45,783 nt of DNA from a virus (Duplodnaviria; Caudoviricetes). Numbering within the stretch: position 1 is the stretch's first letter; each line of letters starts with the position of its first letter. The notes below the pieces were generated by a model that had not been told where the DNA came from, made no database searches, and was given only the letters and a program-made list of their open reading frames with translations. Shown here in pieces: positions 44,278 to 45,783 of the stretch. The stretch is from positions 1-45,783 of the IMG/VR virus record IMGVR_UViG_3300025600_000010; one strand, 5' to 3'. Position numbers and translations under genes: made by a program.

Positions 44278-44302
44278 GGCGTGAATTATTTTCTTTTTCT
44301 GG

Positions 44303-44331
44303 TTGACTTGCGCTTTTCGTTAATGTATTGT
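44303..44331 (+). promoter_or_regulatory. Rightward promoter (replication operon)
   Basis: TTGACT-17-TATTGT-CCATTTC. Confidence 0.7.
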
Positions 44332-44382
44332 CCATTTCGCTGAACCGGGAAATCTAATGAACGATTAAAAGGGGCTTATTTA

Positions 44383-44637
44383 ATGAGCGTTAATGTTATT
44401 TTGGTTGAAGGGTTTGGGGGTGTTAAAGGGGTTTCGGAAGCGCAGCGTTTTGCGGAAAATGCAAAGACAATTGAAGCGCCGGGAACTTTCGCGGCTTCCC
44501 TGGTTATCGTAAATGAGGCGCTTAAAGAATCCGAAAAGGTAATATTTCAACTGTTTGCGAAAGCAAGAGATTTTGATTCCCAGATGAAAGTTTTGGAATT
44601 GAAACTGAAACAAGCAAACGCAAGAAAAAAACATTGA
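44383..44637 (+). CDS. Hypothetical protein
   Basis: AAGGGG SD. Confidence 0.65.
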   Translation: MSVNVILVEGFGGVKGVSEAQRFAENAKTIEAPGTFAASLVIVNEALKESEKVIFQLFAKARDFDSQMKVLELKLKQANARKKH

Positions 44638-44662
44638 CAAACTGAAAAGGTTTTGATAGTTT
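44634..44662 (+). promoter_or_regulatory. Second rightward promoter
   Basis: TTGACA-17-TAGTTT-CCATTTC. Confidence 0.6.
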
Positions 44663-44693
44663 CCATTTCACTTTAATGAGGGGTTGAAATCTA

Positions 44694-44894
44694 ATGAATA
44701 CTAAAGCCTTTAATAAATTGCGTAAGCTAACTCATTTTCCGATTGCAAGCCTTTCTGCATTCAAAGAACATTGCCCGTTGAATCAGCACGCGGCAAACGC
44801 GCCGCATCTTGAAAAGGTTTACAACGCAACAAACGGAAGACCTTGCAAAAGGTGTCTTGCTGCGGGAAGCTGCGAAATATTCAAAACGAAATAG
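44694..44894 (+). CDS. Small Cys/His-containing hypothetical protein
   Basis: GAGGGG SD. Confidence 0.6.
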   Translation: MNTKAFNKLRKLTHFPIASLSAFKEHCPLNQHAANAPHLEKVYNATNGRPCKRCLAAGSCEIFKTK

Positions 44895-44907
44895 AAAGGG
44901 GTTCACC

Positions 44908-45390
44908 TTGTTAACCGCACTTAGAAATAATTTGCAGACAATGCAAACCCTTTTGCAGAACGCAACAGCCGTTGAAGTTGAAGACAGAAACATGTTGGTT
45001 TTGCTTCATTCCGAATGCGCGAACGTTTACGCTGCGGCAAAGGTTCTTGAATCAATGTGGCGCAACAAAGTTGCTTCTGAATTCTTCCCTGAACACGTTG
45101 CGGAAGGAACTGAAAACTTTGAACTTGGTGAAGGCTGGAAGATTAACGCCATTTTCAAGCAAAGTTACAAGGTTGACGAAAAAACCGTTAAAAATGATAT
45201 TCAGGAAATTTGCAACTTAGGCTTTGCCCAGGCTGCGGCGGTTGAAGGTCTTATTAAATGGAAACCTGAAGTTTCAACAACGATTTACAAAACTCTTTCC
45301 GATGAAATAAAAGACGTTATCAACAACAGTTTAACGATCAAACCGGGAACGCCCACAATAAAATTAATTAGCCCGAAAGGTGAAGAATGA
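44908..45390 (+). CDS. Hypothetical protein upstream of the AAA ATPase
   Basis: Probable TTG start after AAGGGG; EGTE..EL..GWKI, IKWKPEVS...YK.L motifs. Confidence 0.7.
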   Translation: MLTALRNNLQTMQTLLQNATAVEVEDRNMLVLLHSECANVYAAAKVLESMWRNKVASEFFPEHVAEGTENFELGEGWKINAIFKQSYKVDEKTVKNDIQEICNLGFAQAAAVEGLIKWKPEVSTTIYKTLSDEIKDVINNSLTIKPGTPTIKLISPKGEE

Positions 45391-45783
45391 AAGATTCAGA
45401 TTTGAAACCTGCCGGAACTTTGGCCTTGCGCTTTGGCGTGAAAGCCCTTGGTTACGGCCCCCCAGGTTGCGGCAAAACCCCGCTTGTCAACAGCGCACCT
45501 AGTCCGGTAATGCTTGTAACTGAACCGGGAATGCTATCAATGCGCGGCTCAACTGTTCCCGCTTGGCAAGCTGACACGCCGGAACGAATCAAGGAATTCT
45601 TTGAATGGTTGAAAGGTTCAACCGAATCAAAAAAGTTTGACACTGTTGCTGTTGACAGCCTTTCACAGCTTGCCGAAACAGAATTGAAAGATTGTATTTT
45701 AAAGGTTAAAGACGGTCGCGCCGTATATGGTGAAATGTCAAAACGTGTAATGAAATATGTTGAACAATTGTTTTTCATGCCAA
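45387..45783 (+). CDS. AAA (AAA_24/Sak4-like) P-loop ATPase, 5' part; continues through the join to 447 (about 238 aa in total)
   Basis: ATG at 45387 overlaps the upstream stop (ATGA); MKDSDLKP...YGPPGCGKT Walker A; FDTVAVDSLS Walker B; in frame with ORF 28..447. Confidence 0.85.
   Translation, partial: MKDSDLKPAGTLALRFGVKALGYGPPGCGKTPLVNSAPSPVMLVTEPGMLSMRGSTVPAWQADTPERIKEFFEWLKGSTESKKFDTVAVDSLSQLAETELKDCILKVKDGRAVYGEMSKRVMKYVEQLFFMP
45657..45783. repeat. Terminal direct repeat, right copy
   Basis: Identical to 1-127. Confidence 0.97.

Noticed and set aside
45657-45783. Biological terminal repeat
   Set aside because: It falls mid-gene, and 127 nt is a common assembler k-mer length, so it is treated as an assembly overlap

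Overview
This window is an apparently complete, circularly assembled dsDNA tailed-phage genome. It is about 45,656 bp unique, because bases 1-127 are repeated at 45657-45783. It looks like a lytic myovirus of a Gram-negative host: no integrase or CI-type repressor is seen, and a spanin pair is present. The + strand carries a replication/recombination module: AAA ATPase spanning the join, DUF669-type SSB-like protein, Cas4-like exonuclease, SF2 helicase, beta-clamp-like protein and family B DNA polymerase. The - strand carries terminase, portal, head, contractile tail and baseplate genes, a beta-helix depolymerase, a lysis cassette, small early genes and a primase-helicase; an AT-rich putative origin lies at about 39.6-40.3 kb. 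The most unusual element is a ~1.8 kb minus-strand transcription unit (34194 to 32427). A near-consensus promoter drives one 208-aa protein, followed by about 1 kb of back-to-back self-closing structured RNA units separated by a recurring AACAAWCAG|UUUG linker, then a tRNA-Gln(UUG), more structured RNA, a 20-codon ORF and a terminator. Other notable points: a depolymerase with a signal peptide, a 35-aa module shared by two structural proteins, a family of five related promoters (one inside an 18-bp perfect inverted repeat), repeated 4-Cys mini-domains, a -1 frameshift in the tail chaperone and strong GAG/CTC depletion. All family names come from motif recognition by eye and gene order; no database search was run.
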